Shown here piece after piece: positions 10,033-19,687 of a stretch of 64,000 nt of DNA; the stretch's first letter is position 1, and each line of letters opens with the position of its first letter. The translations under genes and the position numbers were made by a program. Source of the DNA: an uncultured Chloroflexia bacterium (GTDB lineage Bacteria; Chloroflexota; Limnocylindria; Limnocylindrales; CSP1-4); assembly GCA_963734535.1 (NCBI GenBank), contig CAVTHS010000014.1, positions 128,001-192,000 of the forward strand. Direction: 5' to 3'. Below the pieces are notes generated by a model that saw nothing but the letters and a program-made list of their open reading frames with translations, had not been told where the DNA came from and did not search any database.

Positions 10033-11172
10033 TCAGCCGGCCCGCGGTCCCACGAGCCGGGCGCCCAGGGTGGCGTCCGGGACGACCTCCCAGGCCGCCC
10101 CGATCGCCCGCAGGGCCGGATCCAGGTCGTCGAGCGTGGTCGTCGTGACGAACGCCTGCGGCAGGCCCGCGATCCGCCGGACCAGGTGGCTGCGGCGCGC
10201 CGGATCGAGCTCGCTGAAGACGTCGTCGAGCAGGAGGAGCGGGGCCCGGCCGTCGTGCGCGGTCAGCAGGTCCAGCTCCGCGAGCTTGAGGGCGAGGATC
10301 GCCGTCCGCTGCTGGCCGCGCGACGCGAACGTGGCGAGGTTCCGCCCGTCGAGCCGGAAGGCGAGGTCGTCCCGGTGCGGGCCCACCAGGGTGACCCCGT
10401 TCCACCCCTCCTTCTCGGCCGTGTCGGCGAGGCGCCTCGCGAGCGCGTCGTGGTGGCTCTCGCCCGAGGCGGGCGCCACATTGCTCTCGTAGGTGATCGC
10501 CAGGCGTCCCTCGTCGGCGGCGATCTCCGCGTGGGCGGCGAGGAGCGGGGCGGAGAGCTCGCCGAGTGCGCGCTGCCGGGTGTCGAGGATGGTCGCCCCG
10601 GCGTCGACGAGCCTGGTGTCCCACGGCGGCAGCTCGTCGCGCCCCGCCTGTCCTTCACGGATGGCGCGCAGGAGGGCGTTGCGCTGGGCGAGGATGCGGC
10701 CGTAGGCAGCCAGGTCGGCCGGGTGGGCCGGGCTCCGCTGGGCGGCCAGCGCATCGAGCATGCCTCGGCGGAGCGACGGCGGCCCGACGATGAGCAGCAT
10801 CTCTTCGGGCGCAAAGACGACCACGCGCAGGAGCCCGGCAAGGGCAGTGGCTCGTCGGGGAACCCCGTTGACCCGGATCCGCTTGCGGCCTCCGGCCGGT
10901 CCTTCGCGAACGAGCGTGACGTCGAGCTCGAGCGGGTCGAGGCCCGGGAGCTCGCGGCGGGTGTCGACGCGGGCGAACGGGGCATCCCAGCGGATCAGCT
11001 CGGCGTCCGCCAGGGTCCGGTGCGACGACCCGCGGGCGCACACCACGAGGGCCTCGAGCAGGCTCGTCTTCCCCGCCGCGTTCGGGCCCCAGACCAGGTG
11101 GGCGCCCGGTCCGAACGTCGCGGCCAGGGTTGCGTAGCCGCGGAAGCCGCTGAGCGAGACGGAGGTCAGCAC
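10033..11172 (-). CDS. recF: DNA replication/repair protein RecF
   Basis: GPNAAGKTSLLEA, GPHRDDL, ASRGQQR, LLLLDDVFSELD. Confidence 0.97.
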   Translation of the reverse strand: MLTSVSLSGFRGYATLAATFGPGAHLVWGPNAAGKTSLLEALVVCARGSSHRTLADAELIRWDAPFARVDTRRELPGLDPLELDVTLVREGPAGGRKRIRVNGVPRRATALAGLLRVVVFAPEEMLLIVGPPSLRRGMLDALAAQRSPAHPADLAAYGRILAQRNALLRAIREGQAGRDELPPWDTRLVDAGATILDTRQRALGELSAPLLAAHAEIAADEGRLAITYESNVAPASGESHHDALARRLADTAEKEGWNGVTLVGPHRDDLAFRLDGRNLATFASRGQQRTAILALKLAELDLLTAHDGRAPLLLLDDVFSELDPARRSHLVRRIAGLPQAFVTTTTLDDLDPALRAIGAAWEVVPDATLGARLVGPRAG

Positions 11173-11213
11173 CGGGCTGGACGCGGCCAGGAGACCCGGT
11201 CGCGCGGCCGCCG

Positions 11214-12332
11214 CTACGAGGTGGTCCGGACCGGCATGACCACGTGCGTGTAGTCGCGCCCGTCCGCCGGCCGGAAGACGCCCGGAGAGAGCGGCCCGTT
11301 CAGCTCGATCACGAAGCGGTCCGCGTCCACGTTCTGGAGCGCGTCGCTGAGGTAGCGGGCATTGAAGGCGATCGTCGTGCCGTCTCCCTCGATGGTGGCG
11401 TCGACCAGGCCCCGGTGGTCGCCGACCTCGGCCGCGGCCGCCACGAGGACCTGGGCGGCTCCGTCGGGCGCGACCTGCATCCGGACGATGTTCGCGGAGG
11501 AGCTGGCGATGAATCCGGCCAGCCGCACGGCCTTGAGAAGGTCGTCCCTGTCCACCTCGACGCGCGTCGCGTGGGTGGTCGGCAGGACCTGCTGGTAGTT
11601 GGGGAACTGGCCGTCGATCAGCCGGCTCACGACGTCGATGCCCTCGACATGGAAGAGGATCTGGTTCTTCTGCGGCGAGAGGATCAGCTCCACCGGGTCG
11701 TCAGTGTCGGCCAGCACGCGGGCGAGCTCCGCATACGAGCGGGCGGGGACCACGATGCTCGTCTCCTCGACCGCGTCGAGGGTTGGGATCGTCGTGATCG
11801 CAATCCGATAGTTGTCCGCCGCGGCGAGGGTGAGCCGATCGCCCTCGAACCGGGTGAGGACGCCCGTGAGGATGGGTCGGGCCTCGTCGGAGGCGGCCGC
11901 GAAGGTCACCTCGGACAGGGCTCTCCGCAGGACGCGCTGGCTGATCCGGGTGGTCGGGCGCTCGCCCGCCGCGGGGATCGCCGGGAACTCGTCGGCGTCG
12001 ATGCCGCGAAGGGTCGTCTCGAAGTGGCCCGCCCGGAGGAAGAGGCGGTCGCCAGTTCGGACCTCGAGGTCGACGCGCTCCTGGGACGGGAGGCCGCCGA
12101 CGATCTCGGCGAAGAGGCGGGCCGGAACCGTGATCGCGCCGTCTGATTCGATCCGCCCCGGGACCCAGTACGTGATCCCGATCTCCAGGTTGGTCGCGGT
12201 CAGCTTGAGGCCGGCGTCCTCGGTCCGGAGAAGCACGTTGGCGAGGACGGGCAGCGTGCTGCGCCCGGAGACCGCGTGGCCCACGACGGAGAGGCCGCGC
12301 GCAAGGTTCTCGCAGATGACGGACAGGTTCAC
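11214..12332 (-). CDS. dnaN: DNA polymerase III beta sliding clamp
   Basis: STLPVLANVLL, ATNLEI, RLIDGQFPNY, AFNARYL and VVMPVR; start GTG 12332 lies inside the long track ORF. Confidence 0.97.
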   Translation of the reverse strand: MNLSVICENLARGLSVVGHAVSGRSTLPVLANVLLRTEDAGLKLTATNLEIGITYWVPGRIESDGAITVPARLFAEIVGGLPSQERVDLEVRTGDRLFLRAGHFETTLRGIDADEFPAIPAAGERPTTRISQRVLRRALSEVTFAAASDEARPILTGVLTRFEGDRLTLAAADNYRIAITTIPTLDAVEETSIVVPARSYAELARVLADTDDPVELILSPQKNQILFHVEGIDVVSRLIDGQFPNYQQVLPTTHATRVEVDRDDLLKAVRLAGFIASSSANIVRMQVAPDGAAQVLVAAAAEVGDHRGLVDATIEGDGTTIAFNARYLSDALQNVDADRFVIELNGPLSPGVFRPADGRDYTHVVMPVRTTS

Positions 12333-12772
12333 GGGACAGTCACTCCGGGTGCTCGGGACAGGGGCGGACAGGGGAGGTCCGGCCGGCCGGGACACGATGG
12401 ATTCGTGGTTTGGTGCATGGTCGCATATCGAGTCATCACCGTCGTCATCATGGTGTTGACGGAGTGGACCGACGCGCTTCGCCGCGCTCGGGCGACCGGT
12501 GGAGGAACGCCGTCCGAAAGGGGGAAAGCGCGCGCGGCCGGCGGACGGGCCCCGGGTCGAGGCGTGGACAGATAACGGCCCCGCGGGACGGAGCCCGCCA
12601 AATCGTCGATGGAGGGTCCGGCGATCCCCCGCGGGACGCCCGCCGCGAGGGAGCATTGTCCACACGGCAACCAGGTTTTCCACCGATTTCGGGCATTTTT
12701 CCACACGCAGGGTCGCCGCCGGCCCGGTTCGCGACGGGGCGGCCGTCCGCGCGGCACGCGGCGAGTCGCGCG
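12333..12772. other. Replication origin oriC (dnaA-dnaN intergenic)
   Basis: DnaA-box-like TTGTCCACA 12656-64, TTTTCCACC 12676-84, TTTTCCACA 12697-705, and CTGTCCACG (-) 12563-71. Trio-like GAT GAC GAC GGT GAT GAC (-) at 12432-12451 sits beside degenerate boxes at 12454-12471. Confidence 0.8.
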
Positions 12773-14140
12773 TCAGTCGGCGTAGATCAGCTCGCGGACC
12801 GCGGCGATGTCGCGGCGCATCTCGTCGTTGATCGCCGCCTCCCGGTTGATCTTGTCGTAGGCGTGGAGCACGGTCGAGTGGTCGCGCCCGCCGAGCTCCG
12901 CGCCGATTCGCAGCAGGGAGACGTCCGTCTCCTCGCGCATCAGGAACATGGCGATCTGGCGGGGCGTGACGATCGCCTTGTCGCGCTTCTGGCCGCGCAG
13001 CGCGTCGAGCCCGACCCCGTAATAGTCGGCCACCGCGCGGGCGATCTTCTCGGTCGTGACCTGGCGCTTCTTCGGGTTGTAGAGGACGTTCGAGAGGACC
13101 GCCTGGGCCAGCTCGATCGTGATCGGCATCGCCCCCATGCTGGCGTAGGCGACGACGCGGTTGAGCGCTCCCTCCAGCTCGCGGATGTTGCTGACGACCT
13201 TGCGCGCGATGAACTCGATCACGTCCGACCCGATCGGCACGGCCGAGTCCTCGGCCTTGGCGCGCAGGATGGCGATCCGCGTCTCGAGGTCCGGCGCGGT
13301 CAGGTCGGCGATCAGGCCCCACTCGAACCGGCTCCGCAGCCGCTCCTCGAGGGTGATGATCTGCTTCGGCGGGCGGTCCGAGGAGAGGACGATCTGCTTG
13401 CCGTCCTCGTGGATCGCGTTGAACGTGTGGAAGAACTCCTCCTGGGTCCGCTCCTTGTCGGCGATGAACTGGATGTCGTCGATCAGGAGCAGGTCGATGC
13501 GCCGGTAGCGACCGCGGAAGTCGTCGATCCGACCCTGCTGGATGCTGGTGATGAACTCGTTGGTGAACTTCTCGCTCGTGGCGTAGACGACGCGCTTGCG
13601 CGGGAAGCGAGCCACGACCGCGTTCCCGATGGCGTGCATCAGGTGGGTCTTGCCCAGGCCCACGCCGCCGTAGAGGAAGAGCGGGTTGTAGGCATGGCCG
13701 GGACGCTCCGCCACCGAGAGCGCCGCGGCATGGGCCAGGCGGTTGGCGGACCCCACGATGAAGTTCGAGAACGTGTAGCGCGGGTTGACGTTGGCGGCCG
13801 AGCCGTCGCCGCCGACACGGGTGGGCTCGACCCGGACGTCGTGCGCCGCCGCAGCCGCGACGACGCCATCCGCCCCCGGCTCGGCGACGACCGCGTCCGC
13901 TCGCACCACGAACTCGACCGCCACGCTGTAGCCGACGATCCGGGCGAGCGTCTGCGAGATCAGGGAGCGATAGCGCGTCTCGAGCCAGTCCTTCGCGAAC
14001 CCGTTGGGGACCGCGATGCGGAAGCGCGTGTCGTCGACCTCGACCAGGGCCGTATGCCGCAGCCACGTCTCGAAGTTGGCCGGCGACAGGGCGACCTGGA
14101 GCTCTCCGAGGGCCGCGCGCCAGATGTGTCGTGTATCCAA
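12773..14140 (-). CDS. dnaA: Chromosomal replication initiator DnaA
   Basis: YNPLFLYGGVGLGKTHL, LLIDDIQF, RLRSRF and GGRDHSTV; probable TTG start at 14140. Confidence 0.98.
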   Translation of the reverse strand: MDTRHIWRAALGELQVALSPANFETWLRHTALVEVDDTRFRIAVPNGFAKDWLETRYRSLISQTLARIVGYSVAVEFVVRADAVVAEPGADGVVAAAAAHDVRVEPTRVGGDGSAANVNPRYTFSNFIVGSANRLAHAAALSVAERPGHAYNPLFLYGGVGLGKTHLMHAIGNAVVARFPRKRVVYATSEKFTNEFITSIQQGRIDDFRGRYRRIDLLLIDDIQFIADKERTQEEFFHTFNAIHEDGKQIVLSSDRPPKQIITLEERLRSRFEWGLIADLTAPDLETRIAILRAKAEDSAVPIGSDVIEFIARKVVSNIRELEGALNRVVAYASMGAMPITIELAQAVLSNVLYNPKKRQVTTEKIARAVADYYGVGLDALRGQKRDKAIVTPRQIAMFLMREETDVSLLRIGAELGGRDHSTVLHAYDKINREAAINDEMRRDIAAVRELIYAD

Positions 14141-14337
14141 GACGGACGACCCTGCATGACTCGGGCCTGCGGGCCCGGCGGTACTCGGTGACCGGTTCCG
14201 GGCAGCACGAACTGGACCAGAAACCACTGAATCGACACACGGCGGGACTACCCAGGTGGCCGAGCGACCGCTTCTGGGCGGCCCCCGGCGTCGCCCGGAG
14301 GTTGCCCGCAGGCGTCCCGGCGACCGTGGGCCGACGC

Positions 14338-14367
14338 ATGGTAGCACCGCCCGGACCGGCCCCGCAA
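14338..14367 (-). promoter_or_regulatory. Putative dnaA promoter
   Basis: TTGCGG-18 nt-TACCAT with extended TG on the minus strand. Confidence 0.45.
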
Positions 14368-14470
14368 GGCAATGTGGCACCCAAACCGTCATACTCCCAG
14401 GGGGTATATCGGGACACCGCCGCCGGGCACCATTCGGCTCTCCGGGCGCCCCCGGCGAGAGCGACGCCGT

Positions 14471-14499
14471 TTGACACCCCGGAGGGGACCTTCCATAAT
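14471..14499 (+). promoter_or_regulatory. Sigma70-type promoter of the rpmH operon
   Basis: TTGACA-17 nt-CATAAT. Confidence 0.75.
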
Positions 14500-14611
14500 C
14501 GCGCGGCGTTGACGTGCCCTTCGCCTCCGTGCGGGCGGCGCGTCCACGTGCCTTCTGGGGGCGAAACGACCGAAACCCCTGGGGCCGGACGGTTGAGGAT
14601 CACGACACCCG

Positions 14612-14746
14612 ATGAAGCAGACCTATCAGCCGAAGAAGCGCCATCGCGCCAAGGAGCACGGCTTCCGCGCCCGGATGAAGACGACCGGGGGTCGCCGGGT
14701 TCTTGCCGCGCGCCGCGCCCGGGGCCGGAAGCAGCTGACGGCCTGA
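14612..14746 (+). CDS. rpmH: 50S ribosomal protein L34
   Basis: [44 protein letters not shown] (below the ORF-track cutoff). Confidence 0.97.
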   Translation: MKQTYQPKKRHRAKEHGFRARMKTTGGRRVLAARRARGRKQLTA

Positions 14747-14781
14747 CGCCGACCTCGGGCCGCGACAACCGGCGGCTCGCG

Positions 14782-15117
14782 ATGCTCACCCGGCCGGCGG
14801 ACTTCGCGGCGCTCCAGGCGTCGAGGACCACTCGGTCCCACCCGCTGATGACCGCCCGGTTTCGACGGACCGGCCTCGACCAGGTTCGCTTCGGCTTCGC
14901 CACCGGACGGGCGGTGGGGGGAGCCGTGATCAGGAACCGGACGCGCCGCCGCCTCCGGGAAGCACTCAGGGTGATGGCGCCCTCGTTCCAGCCGGGCTGG
15001 GACGTGCTCATCATCGCTCGACCCGCGCTCGTGGCGGCGGACCACCGGACGCTCGTCGAGGTACTGGAACGGCTCCTCCGGCGCGGAGGGGTCTTCGGAG
15101 GATCGACGCCCTCGTGA
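14782..15117 (+). CDS. rnpA: Ribonuclease P protein component
   Basis: [25 protein letters not shown] (RNR motif); follows rpmH. Confidence 0.93.
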   Translation: MLTRPADFAALQASRTTRSHPLMTARFRRTGLDQVRFGFATGRAVGGAVIRNRTRRRLREALRVMAPSFQPGWDVLIIARPALVAADHRTLVEVLERLLRRGGVFGGSTPS

Positions 15118-15320
15118 AGCGGATCGGGATCGGGCTCATCCGGCTCTACCGAACCGTGTTCGCGTGGCTGCCGTCGAGCTGCCGGTTCTATCCCACCTGC
15201 TCGCACTACACGGAGCAGGCCATCCAGAAGTACGGCCTTCTCCGGGGAGGCTGGATGGGAGCGCGGCGCATCGCCCGCTGCCACCCATGGAACCCCGGTG
15301 GCTATGACCCGGTCCGCTAG
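15114..15320 (+). CDS. yidD: Membrane protein insertion efficiency factor YidD
   Basis: [10 protein letters not shown] and [16 protein letters not shown]. Confidence 0.96.
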   Translation: MKRIGIGLIRLYRTVFAWLPSSCRFYPTCSHYTEQAIQKYGLLRGGWMGARRIARCHPWNPGGYDPVR

Positions 15321-16530
15321 GTGAGGCAGCTCTACGTGTCGCTCCCCCGTCCGCGCCGTGAGCTGCTGCTCCCGCTCCTCCTGATCGTCGGAGTGGCGCT
15401 CCTCGTGGCTGCCTGCAGCCCCTCGGGGATCGTCCCGGTCGGCAGCGGCGGGGTTGCCGCCACGGCAGCGCCGCACCCGCCGCTCACCCCGGCGCAGCCC
15501 GGCGCCGACCCGGTCTCGCTGATGGCCTGGATCTTCAACCCGATCTTCCAGCTCCTCTACATCCTCCTGGTCTGGCTCCAGAAGGTGACCGGCGACGTCG
15601 GCGTCGCGATCATCCTGATGACGCTGATCGTGCGGGCGGCGCTCATCCCGCTCTTCCGCCGCCAGATCGTCTCCACCAAGCGGATGCAGCTGATCCAGCC
15701 GGAGCTCAAGGAGCTCCAGAAGCGCTACAAGGGCGACCGGGCCAAGTACAGCGCCGCCCAGATGGAGCTCTTCAAGGAGCGCGGGGTCAACCCCGCGTCC
15801 GGATGCCTGCCCCTGCTCCTCCAGCTCCCGCTCCTGATGATCATCTACTCGGTGATCAGCCAGGGCCTGACGAACCCGGACCCGCAGGCGATGTTCAGCT
15901 TCTTCGGGTTCCACCTCGTGGACTACTCGTGCGTCAACCACCTGGGCACGGCCGCCTACAACGCCTATCAAGCCCTGCATCAACACGACCGTGGCGTGGC
16001 TCGGGAACCTCGATGTCTCGAAGCCCTGGACCCTCTTCCCGGACGTCGCGTTCCTGAGCTGGTTCAGCCTCCTGGCGGCCGCCTCGGCGGTCCTCCAGCT
16101 GGTCCAGAGCCGCATGACGATGCCTCCGTCAACGGCCGCCTTCAGCGACCAGAACTCCAAGGTCCAGCGGCAGCTCGTGATGTTCCTGCCCCTGATCTCG
16201 CTCGCCTACGGCGGGTTCCTGCCCGCCGGCCTGTTCATCTACTGGATCGTCACCACGATCTTCGGGATCATCCAGCAGTACCTCATCGTCGGCTGGGGCT
16301 CCACGTTCCCGCTGTTCGGCTATACACCCGGCTTCGCACGCGACCATCGCCCGCGGTTCCCCGTCGAGGAGCCGACGATCGAGGTCGGGAGCGCTCCCGG
16401 CACGGCTCGCAAGCCGGCAACCGTCCGTCCGCCTGTGGACCGCACGCCGGCCGCCCGCACAGCTTCCGCGGCGGCCACCGTGCGACCCCGAGAACGAGGC
16501 CGTCAGGGCCGCCGAGGGAGAAAGCGCTGA
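15321..16530 (+). CDS. yidC: YidC/Oxa1 membrane insertase with lipobox; apparent +1 frameshift near 15967
   Basis: LVAAC lipobox; IQPELKELQKRYKGD and GVNPASGCLP in the first frame; LPAGLFIYWIVTTIFGIIQQY in ORF 15991..16530. Confidence 0.92.
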
Positions 16531-16532
16531 GC

Positions 16533-17657
16533 ATGAGTGAGTACCGAGAGTTCACCGGCAAGTCCGTCGAGGAGGCCCTTCGCCACGCTCGCGAGGAATT
16601 CGGGGTCGGCCTGGACGAGCTCGATTTCGAGATCCTGACCGCGGGCAGCCGGGGAGTCCTCGGCATGGGCGCCGAGCCGGCCCGCATCGTCGCCGCGCCC
16701 AGGGCAGCCCTCGGAGGTGCCGCGCCGAAGCGCGAAGCGGCCGCCGCGACCCCGCTTCCGGCCCCCGTTGATCGCGGCCCGCGCCGCGACGACCGACCTC
16801 CGCGCCGTGACGACCGTCCCGCGCGGTCGGATGACCGCCCGGCGCCGGCTCGCCCGGATGCGGCCCGCGCCGACCTTCCCCGGACCGACGCCCCGCGCCG
16901 TGACGACGCCCCGCGCACCGAGGCCGCGCCGCGTGCCGACGCTCCGCGCCGCGACGACCGACCCGAGCGCGTCCGGGATCGCGGACCGCGCCGCGACGAC
17001 CGTCCCGGGCGGTCGGATGATCGCGGACCGCGCCGTGATGATCGCCCGCCCCGGCGGTCGGATGACCGCCAGCCCCGAAGGTCCGACGACCGGCCCGGGG
17101 CATCGGCCGTGTCCTCCAGCGAGGCCGACGAGGTCCAGTCCGCGCGATCGCTCGTTCGCGAGCGCGAGGAGCTGCAGGCCGCAGAGGCATCCCCGGCCGC
17201 GCTCGACGCCGGGAAGCGGCTTCTCGAGCAGCTGATGCAGCACATGGGGTTCTCGGTTGCGGTCAACATCGAGACCGGCGAGACGAACCGCCTCAACGTG
17301 ATCGGCGCCGATGACGAGGAGCACGAGGCCCTGGGCGCCCTGATCGGCCGCAAGGGCGAGCGACTGTCCGCCCTCCAGCACATCGTGAACCTCATGCTGT
17401 CGCGCGAGATGGGCGAATGGACCCGGGTCCTCGTGGATGTCGAGGGCTATCGCGGCCGGAGGGAGCAGCAGCTCCGGGAGATCGCCGACCGGGCCGCGGC
17501 CCGCGTGGTGGAGACCGGCAAGATGCTCCAGCTGGAGCCGATGCCGGCCCTCGAGCGGCGCTGGATCCACCTGGCGCTCCGGAACCACCCGGCCGTCGGG
17601 ACCCAGTCGATCGGCGAGGAGCCGAACCGCCGCGTGGTCGTCGTTCCGAAGGCATAG
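16533..17657 (+). CDS. jag: Jag/EloR (KhpB) RNA-binding protein
   Basis: FTGKSVEEAL (Jag_N), ALIGRKGERLSALQ (KH), LEPMPALERRWIH (R3H). Confidence 0.93.
   Translation: MSEYREFTGKSVEEALRHAREEFGVGLDELDFEILTAGSRGVLGMGAEPARIVAAPRAALGGAAPKREAAAATPLPAPVDRGPRRDDRPPRRDDRPARSDDRPAPARPDAARADLPRTDAPRRDDAPRTEAAPRADAPRRDDRPERVRDRGPRRDDRPGRSDDRGPRRDDRPPRRSDDRQPRRSDDRPGASAVSSSEADEVQSARSLVREREELQAAEASPAALDAGKRLLEQLMQHMGFSVAVNIETGETNRLNVIGADDEEHEALGALIGRKGERLSALQHIVNLMLSREMGEWTRVLVDVEGYRGRREQQLREIADRAAARVVETGKMLQLEPMPALERRWIHLALRNHPAVGTQSIGEEPNRRVVVVPKA
16770..17097 (+). repeat. Coding low-complexity repeats (R[RS]DDRP / DRGPRRDDR) in the Jag linker
   Basis: About 10 imperfect cgccgcgacgaccg / cggtcggatgaccg units. 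Confidence 0.8.
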
Positions 17658-17790
17658 GCCGGGAGCGCGCGCCGTCGCCCGCCGGGCCGCGGCTGGCACC
17701 GGACACCGCCGCGAGGCGCGCCGATACGTCGTATCACGGCCGGCCTGCTAGAGTCGCCTTCCGACCCGCCCGCACCGAGCACTCGAGACC

Positions 17791-19674
17791 ATGGACACCG
17801 CCCCCCGCCACTTCCCGATCGGCCGCCTCCTCTTCGCGGTCGTCGCCGGATTCGTGCTGGCCGCGGCCGTCGGCACGGGCGCGCTCTTCGCATTCGAGGG
17901 CCGGTACGCGGACCGGATCTACCCCGGCGTGCGCGTTGCGGGCGTCGACGTCGCGGGGCTCGATCGCGGGGCCGCACGGCACGTGCTCTCGTCGGCGCTG
18001 GCCGGCTACGCAGCGGGAAACGTCGTCGTCAGCGCGGACGGCGGATCGGTACAGATCGCGGACAAGGACCTGGGCCGCACGGCGGACATCGAGGGGCTCC
18101 TCGACGAGGCATTCGCAGTCGGCCGCTACGGCGACACGATGGGCAAGGCCGCCGACGGCGTGCGGAGCCTGGTCCGGGGCACGGAGATCGCACCCCGCGT
18201 GATGCTGGACTCCGGAGCGGTCGCCCGGGCGGTCATGGCGGCCGCGGCCCGGCTCGATACGCCGGCGGTGGGTGCCACGGCCACGACAACTGCGACCGGC
18301 TTCGCCACGACACCGGCGGTCGGGGGTCGCGGCCTCGACCAGGCGAGCCTGGTCGACCTGATCACGCAGCGCCTCGCCGATCCGTCCGCGCCCGACCGCG
18401 TTGAGCTGGACGTCCCCCTGGTCCCCGTCACTGCGGCGGTCAGCGATGCGGCGGTCAGCGCAGCGGTCTCGGATGCGATCCGGATGGTGGCCGACGTGAC
18501 GCTCGCGAGCGGCAAGGAGACCTGGACGATCCCGGCATCGACCGTCCGCGGCTGGATCACGTTCGCCGCGACGCCCGATGGCCGCTACGCACCCGTGGTG
18601 GCCCAGGACGCGGCCGTCCCCGCCCTCACGGTCCTGACGAAGAAGGTCGACCGGGACGCCACCGACGCGAGCTTCCTGGTCGGGAAGAACAGCACGGTCG
18701 TGGGCGTCGTCGCCGGCAAGGACGGCCGGAAGCTGGACGTCGCGGCGACGAGCCCGCTCATCGCGCAGGCGGTCCTCGCGCGTGCGGCGGACGGCGCCCC
18801 GGCCCAGCCGCCGAGCGTGGCTCCCGCACTGACGACCGTCGCGCCGAAGCTGACCACAGAGCAGGCCCAGAAGGCGGCCCCGCTCATGCAGCAGATCTCG
18901 ACGTGGGTCACCTACTACGACGTGAGCGACCGGAACGGGTTCGGGGCCAACATCACGATCCCGACCCGCACGATCGATGGCTACGTCGTGCCTGCCGGCG
19001 CCATCTTCGATTTCTGGCAGGCGGTCGGCGAGGTCAGCGCCCGAACCGGGTACCTCCCGGGCGGGGCGATCATCGACGGCAAGACCGAGCCCACGGGGGC
19101 GCTGGCTGGTGGGATCTGCTCGTGCTCTACGACGCTCTTCAATGCGGCCGTGCGGGCCGGGCTGGAGATCAAGTCCCGGGCCAACCACTACTACTACATC
19201 GACCGCTACCCGCTTGGCCTGGACGCCACCGTCTTCGAGAGCGGCTCCGGCTCGGTGACCACGATGTCCTTCCGCAACGACACCGCGTTCCCGATCCTGA
19301 TCCGGGGCTATGCGTCACCGGGCGTCGTCCGCTTCTCGCTCTTCAGCGTCCCGACGGGACGAACCACGAAGTTCACGAACCCGATCGTGACAAACCGCAA
19401 TCCCGGGATCGAGACGACCGAGTACACCTCGAGCATCCCCGTCGGGACCTCCAAGCGCCTGGAATACCCGACCATCGGCATGCACGTCACGCTCTCGCGG
19501 ACCGTGACCGACGCGTCCGGGGCCGTGATCCACCACGACGTCTTCAACTCGTCGTACGCCCGCGTGGACGGCCTGACGCTCATCGGCCGGGCCGCCACCC
19601 CGGCCCCGCGGCCCAGCCCGAGCCCCGCCCCGATCCCGAGCGCGGAGCCATCGCCGGCGCCGTCGCCGAGCTGA
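17791..19674 (+). CDS. VanW family protein with N-terminal TM and PG-binding-like region
   Basis: AGGICSCSTTLFNAA, YPLGLDATV and FRNDT; Pro/Ser tail. Confidence 0.88.
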   Translation: MDTAPRHFPIGRLLFAVVAGFVLAAAVGTGALFAFEGRYADRIYPGVRVAGVDVAGLDRGAARHVLSSALAGYAAGNVVVSADGGSVQIADKDLGRTADIEGLLDEAFAVGRYGDTMGKAADGVRSLVRGTEIAPRVMLDSGAVARAVMAAAARLDTPAVGATATTTATGFATTPAVGGRGLDQASLVDLITQRLADPSAPDRVELDVPLVPVTAAVSDAAVSAAVSDAIRMVADVTLASGKETWTIPASTVRGWITFAATPDGRYAPVVAQDAAVPALTVLTKKVDRDATDASFLVGKNSTVVGVVAGKDGRKLDVAATSPLIAQAVLARAADGAPAQPPSVAPALTTVAPKLTTEQAQKAAPLMQQISTWVTYYDVSDRNGFGANITIPTRTIDGYVVPAGAIFDFWQAVGEVSARTGYLPGGAIIDGKTEPTGALAGGICSCSTTLFNAAVRAGLEIKSRANHYYYIDRYPLGLDATVFESGSGSVTTMSFRNDTAFPILIRGYASPGVVRFSLFSVPTGRTTKFTNPIVTNRNPGIETTEYTSSIPVGTSKRLEYPTIGMHVTLSRTVTDASGAVIHHDVFNSSYARVDGLTLIGRAATPAPRPSPSPAPIPSAEPSPAPSPS

Positions 19675-19687
19675 CCTCGAGGCGCCG

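Noticed and set aside
11214-16160. 1648-aa ORF ending in DnaN
   Set aside because: Stop-free GC-rich frame crossing oriC, dnaA and the antisense of rpmH-yidC; only the last 372 aa are DnaN.
16770-17100. Possible CRISPR-like repeats
   Set aside because: Imperfect, in-frame coding repeats with no unique spacers and no cas genes.
15321-17657. YidC-Jag fusion
   Set aside because: Produced by the indel near 15967; the YidC C-terminal half is in another frame and Jag has its own ATG.
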